Below are positions 50,435 through 60,384 of a stretch of DNA of 64,000 bases, one piece after another; the first letter of the stretch is position 1; each line of letters opens with the position of its first letter. A program made the translations under genes and the position numbers. Below the pieces are notes generated by a model. That model saw only the letters and a program-made list of their open reading frames with translations, had not been told where the DNA came from and made no database searches. Origin of the DNA: Chitinophagaceae bacterium (GTDB taxonomy: Bacteria; Bacteroidota; Bacteroidia; Chitinophagales; Chitinophagaceae); the NCBI GenBank assembly GCA_003168265.1, contig PMSV01000007.1:8429-72428 (forward strand), in the 5' to 3' direction.

Positions 50435-51850
50435 TTATAATTTGATGCCCATTCCCTTATAAAACTCCAGCACTTTCATCTTAAAAACATAATCGAACTG
50501 GGAGGAAATCAAGTCGACCTTTGCTTTGAAAAAATTATTCTGATTGGTCAACAGGTCGATCGTATTGAGCATCCCGATATTGTATCTTTTCTGTGCAAAA
50601 TCAAAACTGCGGGTCGCCGCTTCTAATGCCTTCCTGCTCGCTTCCATCTTTTGAAGGGCTGCTACGGCCAGTTCATAAGCCTGGTAAATATTCTGCTTCA
50701 GTGTCAGGTTATCCTGCTGCTGCTGAAGCTGATAATTTTTATAATTCCATTTTGATCTTTCATAAGCGTATTTCAAGGTCCCGCCGTTCAGAATGGGAAC
50801 ATTAACACCCAGGCTAATACCTTGCCGGAAATTCTGATCCAGTTGGGAAAAATAAGGCGTATGGGTATACAGATAGTTCGGATAAGGTGCTACTACCTTC
50901 TGGTTCGTTCCCGCCACCAATCCGACCGTATCGAATAATATGCCGTTACTGGAAGTAGTATAAGTCTGATTGGTATAGGTAGTGTAGAATTGTCCTCCCA
51001 GGCTAAAGGTCGGATACATTGATGCTTTACTGGCGTCAATGTATTTGGAAGCCGCCTGCAACTGCAATGCATCTGCCTTTTGCAGAGGCTGGTTCTTCAA
51101 TGCCAGGGCATAAACAAAAGAAGGCTCTAGTTCAGCAATTGGCTCAACCGGGATACGCTCGACGTTGGGTGTATCAATGATGAAAGGCACCGCAGCATCC
51201 AGGCTCATATAGGCTTTGAGCGTCAGAATATTCTGGTTTACGCCGGAGATTGCTGTTATGTAAGTGGAGCTGTCCGTGGCCAATTGGGATTCTATTTCCG
51301 CCGCATTCAATTCAGGAAGGGCGCCTGCATTGACCTGTTTCCGGGTGATATCAAGCTGTGATTTCGAGAGCTGCACTTGCAATCTTGCCGCATCCGCAGT
51401 CTGTATGGCAAGCAAAGCCTGTAAATAGGCATTTGCTACATTCAGGGAAACATCATTTCGTATTTTGTCTGTGGTTGCATTTTGAGCCAGGTAGGCAAAC
51501 CTGCTCCCTTCTATATTCTTTTTTACACTATTGAAATTGAAAAAATTCCAGTTCGCCTGAAGAAAATACTGGTTTGACCAAAGATTTGCGGTAATCAGGG
51601 CAAATGTTGCCGGGTCCTGGGCTTCCCCTGCACTAAAACCCAAATTCGCTCCGAAACCGACAGTTGGCAATTGTGAAAACAGGTATTGTTTCATCGTAAT
51701 TTCAGCCAACCTCGCCTGTACATCCTGTTGTTTGACGGATATATTATTTGAGACCGCATAATCGACACAGCGTCTCAAGTCCCATTTTCCCTGCGCATGG
51801 CAAAGGATTAGGTTAAGCAGGGCCAGTGTCAGTAGAATTAATTTTTTCAT
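50435..51850 (-). CDS. TolC family outer-membrane efflux protein
   Basis: W.LRRCVDYAVSNN start, two OEP repeats, RYNIGMLNTIDLL motif. ATG at 51850 preferred. Confidence 0.92.
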   Translation of the reverse strand: MKKLILLTLALLNLILCHAQGKWDLRRCVDYAVSNNISVKQQDVQARLAEITMKQYLFSQLPTVGFGANLGFSAGEAQDPATFALITANLWSNQYFLQANWNFFNFNSVKKNIEGSRFAYLAQNATTDKIRNDVSLNVANAYLQALLAIQTADAARLQVQLSKSQLDITRKQVNAGALPELNAAEIESQLATDSSTYITAISGVNQNILTLKAYMSLDAAVPFIIDTPNVERIPVEPIAELEPSFVYALALKNQPLQKADALQLQAASKYIDASKASMYPTFSLGGQFYTTYTNQTYTTSSNGILFDTVGLVAGTNQKVVAPYPNYLYTHTPYFSQLDQNFRQGISLGVNVPILNGGTLKYAYERSKWNYKNYQLQQQQDNLTLKQNIYQAYELAVAALQKMEASRKALEAATRSFDFAQKRYNIGMLNTIDLLTNQNNFFKAKVDLISSQFDYVFKMKVLEFYKGMGIKL

Positions 51851-52061
51851 AGCTGGGGCAAATTTAATATAGTTGTCCAAGCGTCGGCCGGTTTTTTGAT
51901 AAGTGGTCGTCCACTAAAATAAGGAATCGACCTGCATTCCCTTCATAAAAATGGTTAAAATTGCCTTGGTAAGCCCCTTTCTGTAAGAGCGGGATAGGCC
52001 AGAGAGTTAATTCCTTAGATCAATTCAATCAAATGGTAGTTTTTTAACCATCCATGCCAGA

Positions 52062-53399
52062 TCAGACTTTCTCCCTCTTTTTCATAAAGCGCTTAGCCAA
52101 AAAATAAATCAGCAGAAAGCTCAGAAAAACAATGGTCCCGATCAAAGCATATTTTGGAAAGGAAATACCGATAGTGACCCAGACAAATACATAGGTTATC
52201 ACAAAAATTAATGGAATCCATGGATAATATTTCATGGTATAAATGCCCGTATTATCCAGGTGCTTCGTCCTTTTCCGGAATATAAAAATGGTCGCTGCAG
52301 AAGTGGCCATTCCAATCGAATCCAGAAAAATCGAAAAACTAAGGATCTTTTCAAAAGTATCGGCAAAAAACAGCACCACGACACAGATCGCTGCAAAAAC
52401 AGTCAGGCTCACTGTCAAAACATCCCTTTTTTGATCTTTTTTCTTAAAAGAGACGGGCAGCATTCCGTCTTCGCTCATAGCAAACATGACACGAGGATTA
52501 CTCAGCAGCATCACATTTACATAGGCCAGCACGGCAACGAATAATAACACCGATGCGATGTTCTTCCCCGTAATTCCGAACATCTTCTCCGCCACGATAG
52601 AAGCGATGCCTTTGGCCCCTTTCAGGTCCTGAAAGCCAATAAGAAGGTAATAGGAAAGGCTTACGGACAGATAGAGCAGGATGATCACCATAATTCCCCA
52701 AAAAACTCCCCTCGGAATATTCTTTCTTGGATTCTCGATCTCTTCTCCGAAATTGATCGTTTGCTGATAACCCCCATAAGTAAAGGAAGCAGCTTTCATT
52801 GCAATTCCGAAAGAAAGCAGCAATTGTATATTTGCCGAACTACCCCGGAAAAAGAAATGATTGCCCGGATGATACAAATGCGGCATAAAGATGGCGGCGA
52901 CGATCATCGCAATCATCCCCAGCTTGATCAACATCAGAAAATTCAAGACCCTTGTACTTATCCGAAGGCCCAGCATATTGATCCCATAAAAGCCCACAAT
53001 AGCTCCTATCGAAAGCATGGATTTAACGAGGGAGGAAGGCTCAGACTTAAAAATTACCTGTGAAATATATTCGCTTCCGATCAGGGCCACTCCGGCGAGG
53101 GCGGAAGCATTGGAGATCAGTATTACGCAATTGATCGCAAATGCGATCGAAGGATGATAGGCATAAGAAAATATTCTGTAAAATCCACCGGTAACTGGGT
53201 AGCGGCTGCCGATCTCGGCGAAGGTCAGACCACCGCAAAAAGCAATGATGCCCCCTGCAATCCATGCCCCGAAATAGACCGCTGGGGAAACAGCGGCCGA
53301 AGCCGCATCTGCGGGGGTCCGGAAAATACCGAGTCCTATCACCAGCCCGATCACGATCATCGTCAGGTCGAAAAGATTCAGTTTTGGTCCTTTAGTCAA
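52062..53399 (-). CDS. APC family amino-acid permease
   Basis: IG.GIF.TP, FAEIGSRYPVTGG.Y, YGG and EEIENP.KNIPR motifs; about 12 TM segments. Confidence 0.92.
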   Translation of the reverse strand: MTKGPKLNLFDLTMIVIGLVIGLGIFRTPADAASAAVSPAVYFGAWIAGGIIAFCGGLTFAEIGSRYPVTGGFYRIFSYAYHPSIAFAINCVILISNASALAGVALIGSEYISQVIFKSEPSSLVKSMLSIGAIVGFYGINMLGLRISTRVLNFLMLIKLGMIAMIVAAIFMPHLYHPGNHFFFRGSSANIQLLLSFGIAMKAASFTYGGYQQTINFGEEIENPRKNIPRGVFWGIMVIILLYLSVSLSYYLLIGFQDLKGAKGIASIVAEKMFGITGKNIASVLLFVAVLAYVNVMLLSNPRVMFAMSEDGMLPVSFKKKDQKRDVLTVSLTVFAAICVVVLFFADTFEKILSFSIFLDSIGMATSAATIFIFRKRTKHLDNTGIYTMKYYPWIPLIFVITYVFVWVTIGISFPKYALIGTIVFLSFLLIYFLAKRFMKKREKV

Positions 53400-53470
53400 G
53401 CAGCTTTCTCTTGTTTAGGAATAAAGGATTCAAGATAAGGAAATAATCTATAGTACCTTTATTATCCAAA

Positions 53471-55570
53471 GTGAAACCTACGCAACGCATGAAGCAGCAC
53501 TTTTTGGTCCTATTATTAAGTATTGGATCCCTTAGGCTATTTTCCCAGGCGCCTCCTGCCGCAGACTCTTCCGATTCCAAAACCTTGAAAGAAATCGTGA
53601 TCAAAGCTTATGAACAAAACAGGACCCTTTCTGAGGTAGCCGCACCCGTTGTAATTACGGGCCCATCCCAACTCAACCGCTTCAGCAATATGAGCATCCT
53701 GCCTGCCCTTAATATCAATCCGGGTGTCAGCATGGAAGAACGATCCCCGGGAAGTTACCGGCTCAATATCCGAGGCAGCTCACTCAGGTCACCCTTCGGC
53801 GTCCGTGATGTAAAAATCTATCTGGATGATATTCCGCTTACTGATCCCAGTGGTAATACTTATCTGAATCAAATCAGTTTCTATAATGTCCAATCAGCAG
53901 AAATCATCAAGGGACCAGCGGGAAGCCTATATGGGGCCAGCCTTGGGGGAGCCATGCTGATCCATACCCAACCCAGGCAATTTGACCAGGGCATAGACCT
54001 CGATTATTCATTGGGCAGTTACGTGACTAACAACCTTCACGCTGACATTCGCTTCGGATCAGATGACAGGCAGAATGATTTGGGGTTTACCCATCAATCC
54101 AGCAATGGGTATCGTCAACAAACCCAAATGCATCGCGACATCGGAACCTGGGCCACCACCCTCAAGTCTTCGGACAAACAGGAACTAAAAGCCTATTTTT
54201 CCTATGGAAGTCTCTATTACCAAACCCCTGGCGGTCTCACTAAGGCCCAATACGATTCCAATGCTACTCAAGCCAGGCCAGGGTCGATAGCTGCTCAGGC
54301 TGCCATCTTCCAGAAAAATTTTCTAATTGGTTTTACCAATATCTATCATATAACAGATAAATGGCAAAATTCCACCACGGTATACGGAACCTATACTGAC
54401 TTCATCAATCCGGGTCTAAGGGTCTATGAATATAGGAAGGAGCCGCATTTCGGAGGACGCTCGGAATTCCAGTATAAGGACCAATTCGGTGAACTCCAAT
54501 TTCAATTCAATGCAGGAGTCGAATACCAGAAAGGTTTTTTCAATACCAGGGACTATGGAAACAAGCAGGGAGTGGCTGACTCCCTCGAAACCGACAACAA
54601 TATCAACCTCTGGCAATACATGATCTTTTCCCAGGTCGATCTCAGGTATAAGGGCTGGGTACTGACCCTGGGCGGAAGCCTCAATAAATCCTCAGTTGAG
54701 TTCATCAACCTCTACACCCTGCCAGCTTCTCCTTCCACGATACAAACCCGGACCTTCGAAAACAAGCTTCCTCCCCATATTGGTCTTTTAAGAAAACTCA
54801 CTGAAACACTATCCGCCTATATCAATATCGCTCGCGGTTTCTCCACGCCGACCACCGCCGAAATGTTAAGTTCCGATGGAATGTTCGGCACCAATCTCCA
54901 GCCCGAAGATGGCATGGACTATGAATTAGGTTTCAGAGGCTCCCTGCTGCATGACAGGTTATATTTCGACTTCAGTGGCTTTCTTTCCCACCTGCACAAT
55001 ACCATCGTGCAACGCATTGACACAAACGGAGTCTACTATTACGTCAATGCAGGATCCACAAAACAAAACGGGATTGAAGTCTATATCTCCTACCAGCTAG
55101 TCGAACAGTCCATCGGACCCATCAATAGCGCCAAGCTCTTTTTGAGTTATGCCTATCATGATTTTCATTATAGCAGTTTCGAACAGCTTAATGCCGATTA
55201 TTCCGGAAACAAAATGCCGGGAGTAGCCCCTCATACGGTCGTCGCTGGGCTTGACCTTTATTTTCTTCAGAATTTTTATTTCAACGCAACTTACAATTAT
55301 AGCGCTTCCATCGATCTTAATGATGCCAATACAGTTATCGCCTCCCCATTTCAATTATTCGGAGCCCGTATAGGATACAGGAAACCCCTCTCTAAAAAAT
55401 TTCGAATGGAATTTTTTGCCGGTGCCGACAATCTCTTCAATGTCAAATACAGCCTTGGAAATGATTTCAATGCCGCAGCCGGCCGATATTATAATGCGGC
55501 CCCCGGAAGGAATTTATATGCGGGGATTATTCTTAAAGACCTGTTCATAAAATCAACGCCTCATTCTTAA
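53471..55570 (+). CDS. TonB-dependent receptor, substrate unknown
   Basis: Plug domain (NIRGS...DDIPLT...IKGPAGSLYG) and C-terminal barrel (YYNAAPGRNLYAG). Start may be the ATG at 53489. Confidence 0.92.
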   Translation: MKPTQRMKQHFLVLLLSIGSLRLFSQAPPAADSSDSKTLKEIVIKAYEQNRTLSEVAAPVVITGPSQLNRFSNMSILPALNINPGVSMEERSPGSYRLNIRGSSLRSPFGVRDVKIYLDDIPLTDPSGNTYLNQISFYNVQSAEIIKGPAGSLYGASLGGAMLIHTQPRQFDQGIDLDYSLGSYVTNNLHADIRFGSDDRQNDLGFTHQSSNGYRQQTQMHRDIGTWATTLKSSDKQELKAYFSYGSLYYQTPGGLTKAQYDSNATQARPGSIAAQAAIFQKNFLIGFTNIYHITDKWQNSTTVYGTYTDFINPGLRVYEYRKEPHFGGRSEFQYKDQFGELQFQFNAGVEYQKGFFNTRDYGNKQGVADSLETDNNINLWQYMIFSQVDLRYKGWVLTLGGSLNKSSVEFINLYTLPASPSTIQTRTFENKLPPHIGLLRKLTETLSAYINIARGFSTPTTAEMLSSDGMFGTNLQPEDGMDYELGFRGSLLHDRLYFDFSGFLSHLHNTIVQRIDTNGVYYYVNAGSTKQNGIEVYISYQLVEQSIGPINSAKLFLSYAYHDFHYSSFEQLNADYSGNKMPGVAPHTVVAGLDLYFLQNFYFNATYNYSASIDLNDANTVIASPFQLFGARIGYRKPLSKKFRMEFFAGADNLFNVKYSLGNDFNAAAGRYYNAAPGRNLYAGIILKDLFIKSTPHS

Positions 55571-55620
55571 GGAACTGTGTAAAACTTCTTTTGGAGAAAA
55601 ATAATTCTCTGCTATTTTTG

Positions 55621-55818
55621 TTATGGTTTTGGTTCACCGGCCTCAGGCCGGTGATTAAAAGGGAAGTCCGGTGAAATTCCGGCGCTATCCCCGTAGCTGT
55701 GAGCTCTTTAGTGGTTGGAGAAAAATTCAACCATACTGTCCGGTCTCTACACCACTGTCCCCAAGAAGGGATGGGAAGGTACCGGCCAGCGAGCAAGCCA
55801 GAAGACCTGCCAGATCCT
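55621..55818 (+). promoter_or_regulatory. Cobalamin (B12) riboswitch
   Basis: AAAAGGGAAGTCCGGTGAAATTCCGGCGCTATCCCCGTAGCTGTG...CCACTG...GGGAAGG...GCCAGAAGACCTGCC. TATTTTTG promoter at 55613-55620; lies upstream of btuB. Confidence 0.95.
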
Positions 55819-55954
55819 TTCTCAACATTCATCAGCTTTCGGGTGAAAAGCATGGAATGTAAAATGCCAAAGGCAATTTATATTTCACCAGTTTTGTTTT
55901 TCCGAAGGTTCATTCATTAACCGCTTTCAAAAAGAAAGCATCAAAAAATTAAGA

Positions 55955-57877
55955 ATGAGCAAGTTTTTTTTTCTGGCTGCAGTCCTAATCCTTTCGGCCT
56001 CCCTTTCAAAAGCCCAAACCGACACAGTTAAAGAAACTAAAAAACTAGATGAAGTCGTCATCACGGCTTCAAAAGTGAATCTCAAGCAATCCCAGACCGG
56101 TAAAGTAATCATTGTCATCTCCAAAGAAGAAATCGAAAAAAGCGAGGCCAAAAGCCTGGGACAATTACTTAATGAACAAGCGGGAGTCATCATCGGCGGA
56201 GCCCTCAACGATGCAGGCACCAATCAGAGTATTTATATACGCGGAGCTACATCCGGTCGCGTCCTCGTATTGATTGATGGCATACCGGTTTACGATCCTT
56301 CCATCACGGACAATTCATTTGATCTCAATCTCATGCCGATCGACGGGATCGAACGCATCGAGATATGTAAAGGCGCCCAATCCACTCTCTATGGTTCAGA
56401 TGCCATCGCAGGCGTGATCAATATTATCACGACCAGGACCGATCCCCAAAAACCACTCAATCTCAAAGCAAACCTTGCGGGAGGAAGTTATGGAACGATC
56501 CGTGGCGGAGCTCAATTGTATGGAAAAATTGCCGACGACCTCGTCTACAATGTCCGCTATAACAAATATAAGACGGACGGCTTTCCAATGGCCTATGACA
56601 GTACGGGAAAGGGGCATTTCAGCAATGACGGCTACAATGGTGATGCACTTGCTGCCAGCCTGACCTGGAAGGCGCTAAGCCATCTGCAGATCAAAGGATT
56701 TGCAGAGTATAACAGATACATCACCAATCTTCCCGCAGGCGCCTTTACAGATGCCCAGGATTATACCAATACAAGCAAGAACATCCTGCTCGGAGGCAGC
56801 GCCACCTATCAACTTCGGGGGACCAGTCTCCATGCCAATTACCAATATGCCACTTATGATCGTCAACTGCTTGAAGACAGCGTCGATGGACAATCCTATT
56901 ATACCGACCATTATTTTGGAAAGACCCAGTTCCTTGAATTGTTTGCAAGCAGCAAGCTGGGAAATGGATTCACCTGGCTCAATGGAGCCGATTACCGCTT
57001 CGCATCCATGAATGAACAAAGCAATTATGGAAATTTCAATGACACTTCCCTCAAACAGGGATCAGTCTATAGTTCCGTATTCTATTCGCAAAAATCGGGC
57101 TTCAATGCCGAACTGGGAGGGAGATTCAATGCTAACTCCCGCTACGGGACCAACTTCACCTATACATTCAATCCCTCCTTTGTCTTCAATAATACCTGGA
57201 AATTCTATGCAAGCATATCATCCGGATTCAAAGCTCCGACCCTCTATGAACTCTATTCTTCCTATGGAGACAAAAACCTCCAGCCTGAAACTGCCTTGAA
57301 CTATGAAGCAGGTCTTCAGTATTCTGATAAAAGTTTCAGCACCAGGGCCACTTTCTTCTACAGGAAAATCCATGATGGCCTTGACTTCAATTACGTTACC
57401 TATCTCTATTACAATTACACAGAACAAAATGCCGATGGCATTGAATGGGAAAACAAATGGCAAATCACCAAAACCTTCAGCATCACTGCCAACTATACCT
57501 TTACGCATATCAATGAGCAAACCCAGAGTCATATCACCTATGACGATACGACCTATGCTTATGCGCTGCGGATACCCACACATGCCATCAATGCAAGCCT
57601 CGGTTGGAAACCGGTCAAAAACCTCTTCATCAGCATCAGCGCCCATTATGAAAGCAAACGTTACGACCTGGGAGGATACGATGCCAGTTTCAATCCCTTG
57701 CCAGATGTGACATTAAAAAGCTTTGTCATCTTCAATGCCTATGGCGAATACTATTTGAAATCCTGGTTGAAATTGTTCGCCGATGCAAAGAACCTGTTCA
57801 ATACCCAGTTCTTCACGATCTATGGCTATAATTCCATTCCCTTCATGGTCAATGCAGGCGCTTCCATCAGCCTTTAA
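55955..57877 (+). CDS. btuB: TonB-dependent cobalamin receptor (BtuB-like)
   Basis: TonB box LDEVVITA, plug (IRGA...VLVLIDG, IERIEI.KG.QSTLYGSDA), barrel; downstream of a B12 riboswitch. Confidence 0.88.
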   Translation: MSKFFFLAAVLILSASLSKAQTDTVKETKKLDEVVITASKVNLKQSQTGKVIIVISKEEIEKSEAKSLGQLLNEQAGVIIGGALNDAGTNQSIYIRGATSGRVLVLIDGIPVYDPSITDNSFDLNLMPIDGIERIEICKGAQSTLYGSDAIAGVINIITTRTDPQKPLNLKANLAGGSYGTIRGGAQLYGKIADDLVYNVRYNKYKTDGFPMAYDSTGKGHFSNDGYNGDALAASLTWKALSHLQIKGFAEYNRYITNLPAGAFTDAQDYTNTSKNILLGGSATYQLRGTSLHANYQYATYDRQLLEDSVDGQSYYTDHYFGKTQFLELFASSKLGNGFTWLNGADYRFASMNEQSNYGNFNDTSLKQGSVYSSVFYSQKSGFNAELGGRFNANSRYGTNFTYTFNPSFVFNNTWKFYASISSGFKAPTLYELYSSYGDKNLQPETALNYEAGLQYSDKSFSTRATFFYRKIHDGLDFNYVTYLYYNYTEQNADGIEWENKWQITKTFSITANYTFTHINEQTQSHITYDDTTYAYALRIPTHAINASLGWKPVKNLFISISAHYESKRYDLGGYDASFNPLPDVTLKSFVIFNAYGEYYLKSWLKLFADAKNLFNTQFFTIYGYNSIPFMVNAGASISL

Positions 57878-57887
57878 AATCAAACAA

Positions 57888-58469
57888 ATGATTATACATC
57901 CATCTCATCCTAGAACCGGAGTCCTGATCGGGATCAGTCTTCTAGTTGCCGCTTTCAGGATCATTTGCAATTTCAGTCCTTCACTCAACGACCTGGCAAA
58001 CTTTTCACCGCTGGCCGCCATCCCTCTTTTTGCGGCGGCCTATTTCAAGGGCTTCTGGAAACCCTTCGCATTCACGATGGCTGTGATGTTTATCAGTGAT
58101 CAGGTCCTATTCACTACCGTCTATAAAAATTATGGCAATGGTTTTCTCTATCATGGTTGGTTTTGGGTCTATGGGTCCTTCGGACTTATCTGCATACTGG
58201 GAAAATTGATTATCCGGGAAGACAAATGGGGGGGCATATTAATCACCATGGTTCTTTCAGTACTGATCCACTGGATCGTATCGGATATTGGAGTCTGGAA
58301 TCATAGTCCTATCTATTCCCAGCACATGGCCGGCTATCTCAGTTGTCTTGCGGCCGCCATACCATTCGAAATACGCTTGCTATTAGCCACCCTGATCTAT
58401 GGCGGCCTATTATTCGGATCATTCCAATGGCTGAAAATGAAATTTCCAATACTTCAATCAAAATCATGA
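57888..58469 (+). CDS. DUF6580-like membrane protein, putative transporter
   Basis: About 5-6 TM segments; NFSPLAAIPLFAAAYF, SD.G.W and Y.AAIPF motifs. ATG at 57888. Confidence 0.7.
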   Translation: MIIHPSHPRTGVLIGISLLVAAFRIICNFSPSLNDLANFSPLAAIPLFAAAYFKGFWKPFAFTMAVMFISDQVLFTTVYKNYGNGFLYHGWFWVYGSFGLICILGKLIIREDKWGGILITMVLSVLIHWIVSDIGVWNHSPIYSQHMAGYLSCLAAAIPFEIRLLLATLIYGGLLFGSFQWLKMKFPILQSKS

Positions 58470-59401
58470 AAGCCTGTTCCTTTCTCCCTGCGGCCACGAG
58501 GATGATCTACGATATGGGTCTCCAGGACCTGCTCCATGGAGTAACATTTGAATGCCCGGCACCCGAGGAGAAGGCCAGGGTCGTTCGCTGCCTTCTGGAA
58601 GGAAAATCCTATTCCAGTCAGGAAATAGATAAGATCTTCTCCCATTCCAAGGCAAGCGGCAAGAGCCTTTACTATGTCGATGATGAACTCTTACAAAGGA
58701 TCGCTCCCGATATCGTTTTTACCCAGGATATCTGTGAGGTCTGCCAGATAGATACAGAGGCGACCGCAAAGGCCGTCTATAAACTGAAAAATCCTCCCCT
58801 CCTCATCTCCCTGAATCCCCAAAACCTTGACGATGTTTACCAATCAGCCCTGACCATTGCCCGGGTCCTTAACCATGAAGATGCAGCCTATGGCTATCTT
58901 TCCGGCTTGCAAAAGCGGACTCAACGAATCCTGGACAGACTTCGGGAAAACCACATGCCCTTGAAAAGGGCATCCCTTTTCGAATGGATCGACCCCATTT
59001 ACAATTGCGGGCATTGGATCCCCTTCCAGATCGGTCAGGCGGGAGCCGTAGATCTGCTCGGCAATCCTGGTGGTGACTCCATCGTCATCGATTTTGAAAA
59101 GGTTAGCAAATACAATCCCCAGATCCTTATCATAGCGCCCTGCGGATTTGAGACCCGGCGAACCCTCGAAGAGATGGAAATCCTTAGGCAAAAGGCGGGC
59201 TGGGAGGAACTCCAGGCCGTTCAGGACAAAAAAGTCTATATAATGGATTATGAACTGTTTACCCAACCCAGCCCTTCCACTCTGGTAGATGGCATTGAAC
59301 TGCTCTCGGCCCTCATTCATCCCCAGATCTTTGAAATTCCCATGCACCTGAAACACAAATTCCAGGACTTTTTCAAAATCAAGGCCCATGTGCAAACATG
59401 A
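58466..59401 (+). CDS. BtuF-like cobalamin-binding fold protein without signal peptide
   Basis: SFLPAATRMIY.MG...GVTFEC, PD.V.TQD.C.VC, EWIDP...GHWIP and PQILIIAPCGF motifs. ATGA overlap with the previous gene. Confidence 0.8.
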   Translation: MKACSFLPAATRMIYDMGLQDLLHGVTFECPAPEEKARVVRCLLEGKSYSSQEIDKIFSHSKASGKSLYYVDDELLQRIAPDIVFTQDICEVCQIDTEATAKAVYKLKNPPLLISLNPQNLDDVYQSALTIARVLNHEDAAYGYLSGLQKRTQRILDRLRENHMPLKRASLFEWIDPIYNCGHWIPFQIGQAGAVDLLGNPGGDSIVIDFEKVSKYNPQILIIAPCGFETRRTLEEMEILRQKAGWEELQAVQDKKVYIMDYELFTQPSPSTLVDGIELLSALIHPQIFEIPMHLKHKFQDFFKIKAHVQT

Positions 59402-59606
59402 TGAAATGGCTTGCCCCCGATGCGAAATACCCTTTGAATGCCGGATTGGCGATATTTCCAATTGTCAATGCACGGGCATTGCCTTTAGTATAGAAGAAAA
59501 AGCATTTATCGAAGACCGTTACCAGGGATGTCTATGCCGTGAATGTCTTCTGGAACTCAAGCAGCGCCACATTCTTTTCATCGAAAAATACTTTTACCAT
59601 GGATGA
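59388..59606 (+). CDS. Cysteine-rich CWC family protein
   Basis: CPRC..PFEC.....C.C......CLC..CL pattern; overlaps both neighbours. Confidence 0.85.
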   Translation: MCKHDEMACPRCEIPFECRIGDISNCQCTGIAFSIEEKAFIEDRYQGCLCRECLLELKQRHILFIEKYFYHG

Positions 59607-60336
59607 ACAACACAGGCCTCGGGCTTACATGAATTGGAGTGGAGGAAAAGATTCAGCGCTCTGCCTATTCAAGGCGATCCAAAATGAACAGTTTGAAATC
59701 ACCCATCTTCTCACCTCGATCAACTCTGTTCACAATCGTATCTCCATGCATGGTGTGCGCCGGGAATTGCTCTACCAACAAGTGCATGAAATTGGTCTTC
59801 CTCTACTCACTATCGAAGTCCCTGAGCAGCCCAATATGCAGGAATATGAACAGGCAATGTTTCAAAAAGTCGAAGCACTCAAAGATATCGGCTGCACCCA
59901 CGCCATCTTCGGTGATATTTTCCTCGAAGACCTCAGGCAATACCGGGAAAATAAATTAAAGGAGGCCGGCATTGTATGCAATTTTCCACTTTGGAAACAA
60001 TCTACACGTGAACTTGTTTATGAGTTTCTGCGCCTCGGTTTTAAGACCATAATCGTCTGCGTCAATGAACAATTCCTTGGCTCATCCTTTTGCGGCCGGA
60101 TCATCGATGAAAATTTCCTTAGTGACCTGCCGGATAATGTTGATCCTTGCGGAGAAAACGGGGAATTCCACAGCTTTGTCTATCAAGCTCCCCTATTCAA
60201 AAACCCCATCTCAATCAATAAAGGCGAAATCGTTTACAGAAAATATGCCGCTCCTAAAAACGCCGACGACGACCAGCATTCCTGTGCGGGAACAGCAGAC
60301 TACGGGTTTTATTTCTGTGATATCCTGCCAGTGTGA
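59599..60336 (+). CDS. Dph6/DUF71-like PP-loop ATP pyrophosphatase (diphthine-ammonia-ligase-like)
   Basis: WSGGKDS PP-loop, GDIFLEDLR.YRE and DPCGENGEFHSFV motifs. ATG at 59599. Confidence 0.88.
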   Translation: MDEQHRPRAYMNWSGGKDSALCLFKAIQNEQFEITHLLTSINSVHNRISMHGVRRELLYQQVHEIGLPLLTIEVPEQPNMQEYEQAMFQKVEALKDIGCTHAIFGDIFLEDLRQYRENKLKEAGIVCNFPLWKQSTRELVYEFLRLGFKTIIVCVNEQFLGSSFCGRIIDENFLSDLPDNVDPCGENGEFHSFVYQAPLFKNPISINKGEIVYRKYAAPKNADDDQHSCAGTADYGFYFCDILPV

Positions 60337-60384
60337 AAGGTAGTCCTCCCGACCCTGCTTCTTATATTTGCATAAACCAACGGT

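Noticed and set aside
58844-59461. 205-aa minus-strand ORF
   Set aside because: Antisense shadow of the BtuF-like gene.
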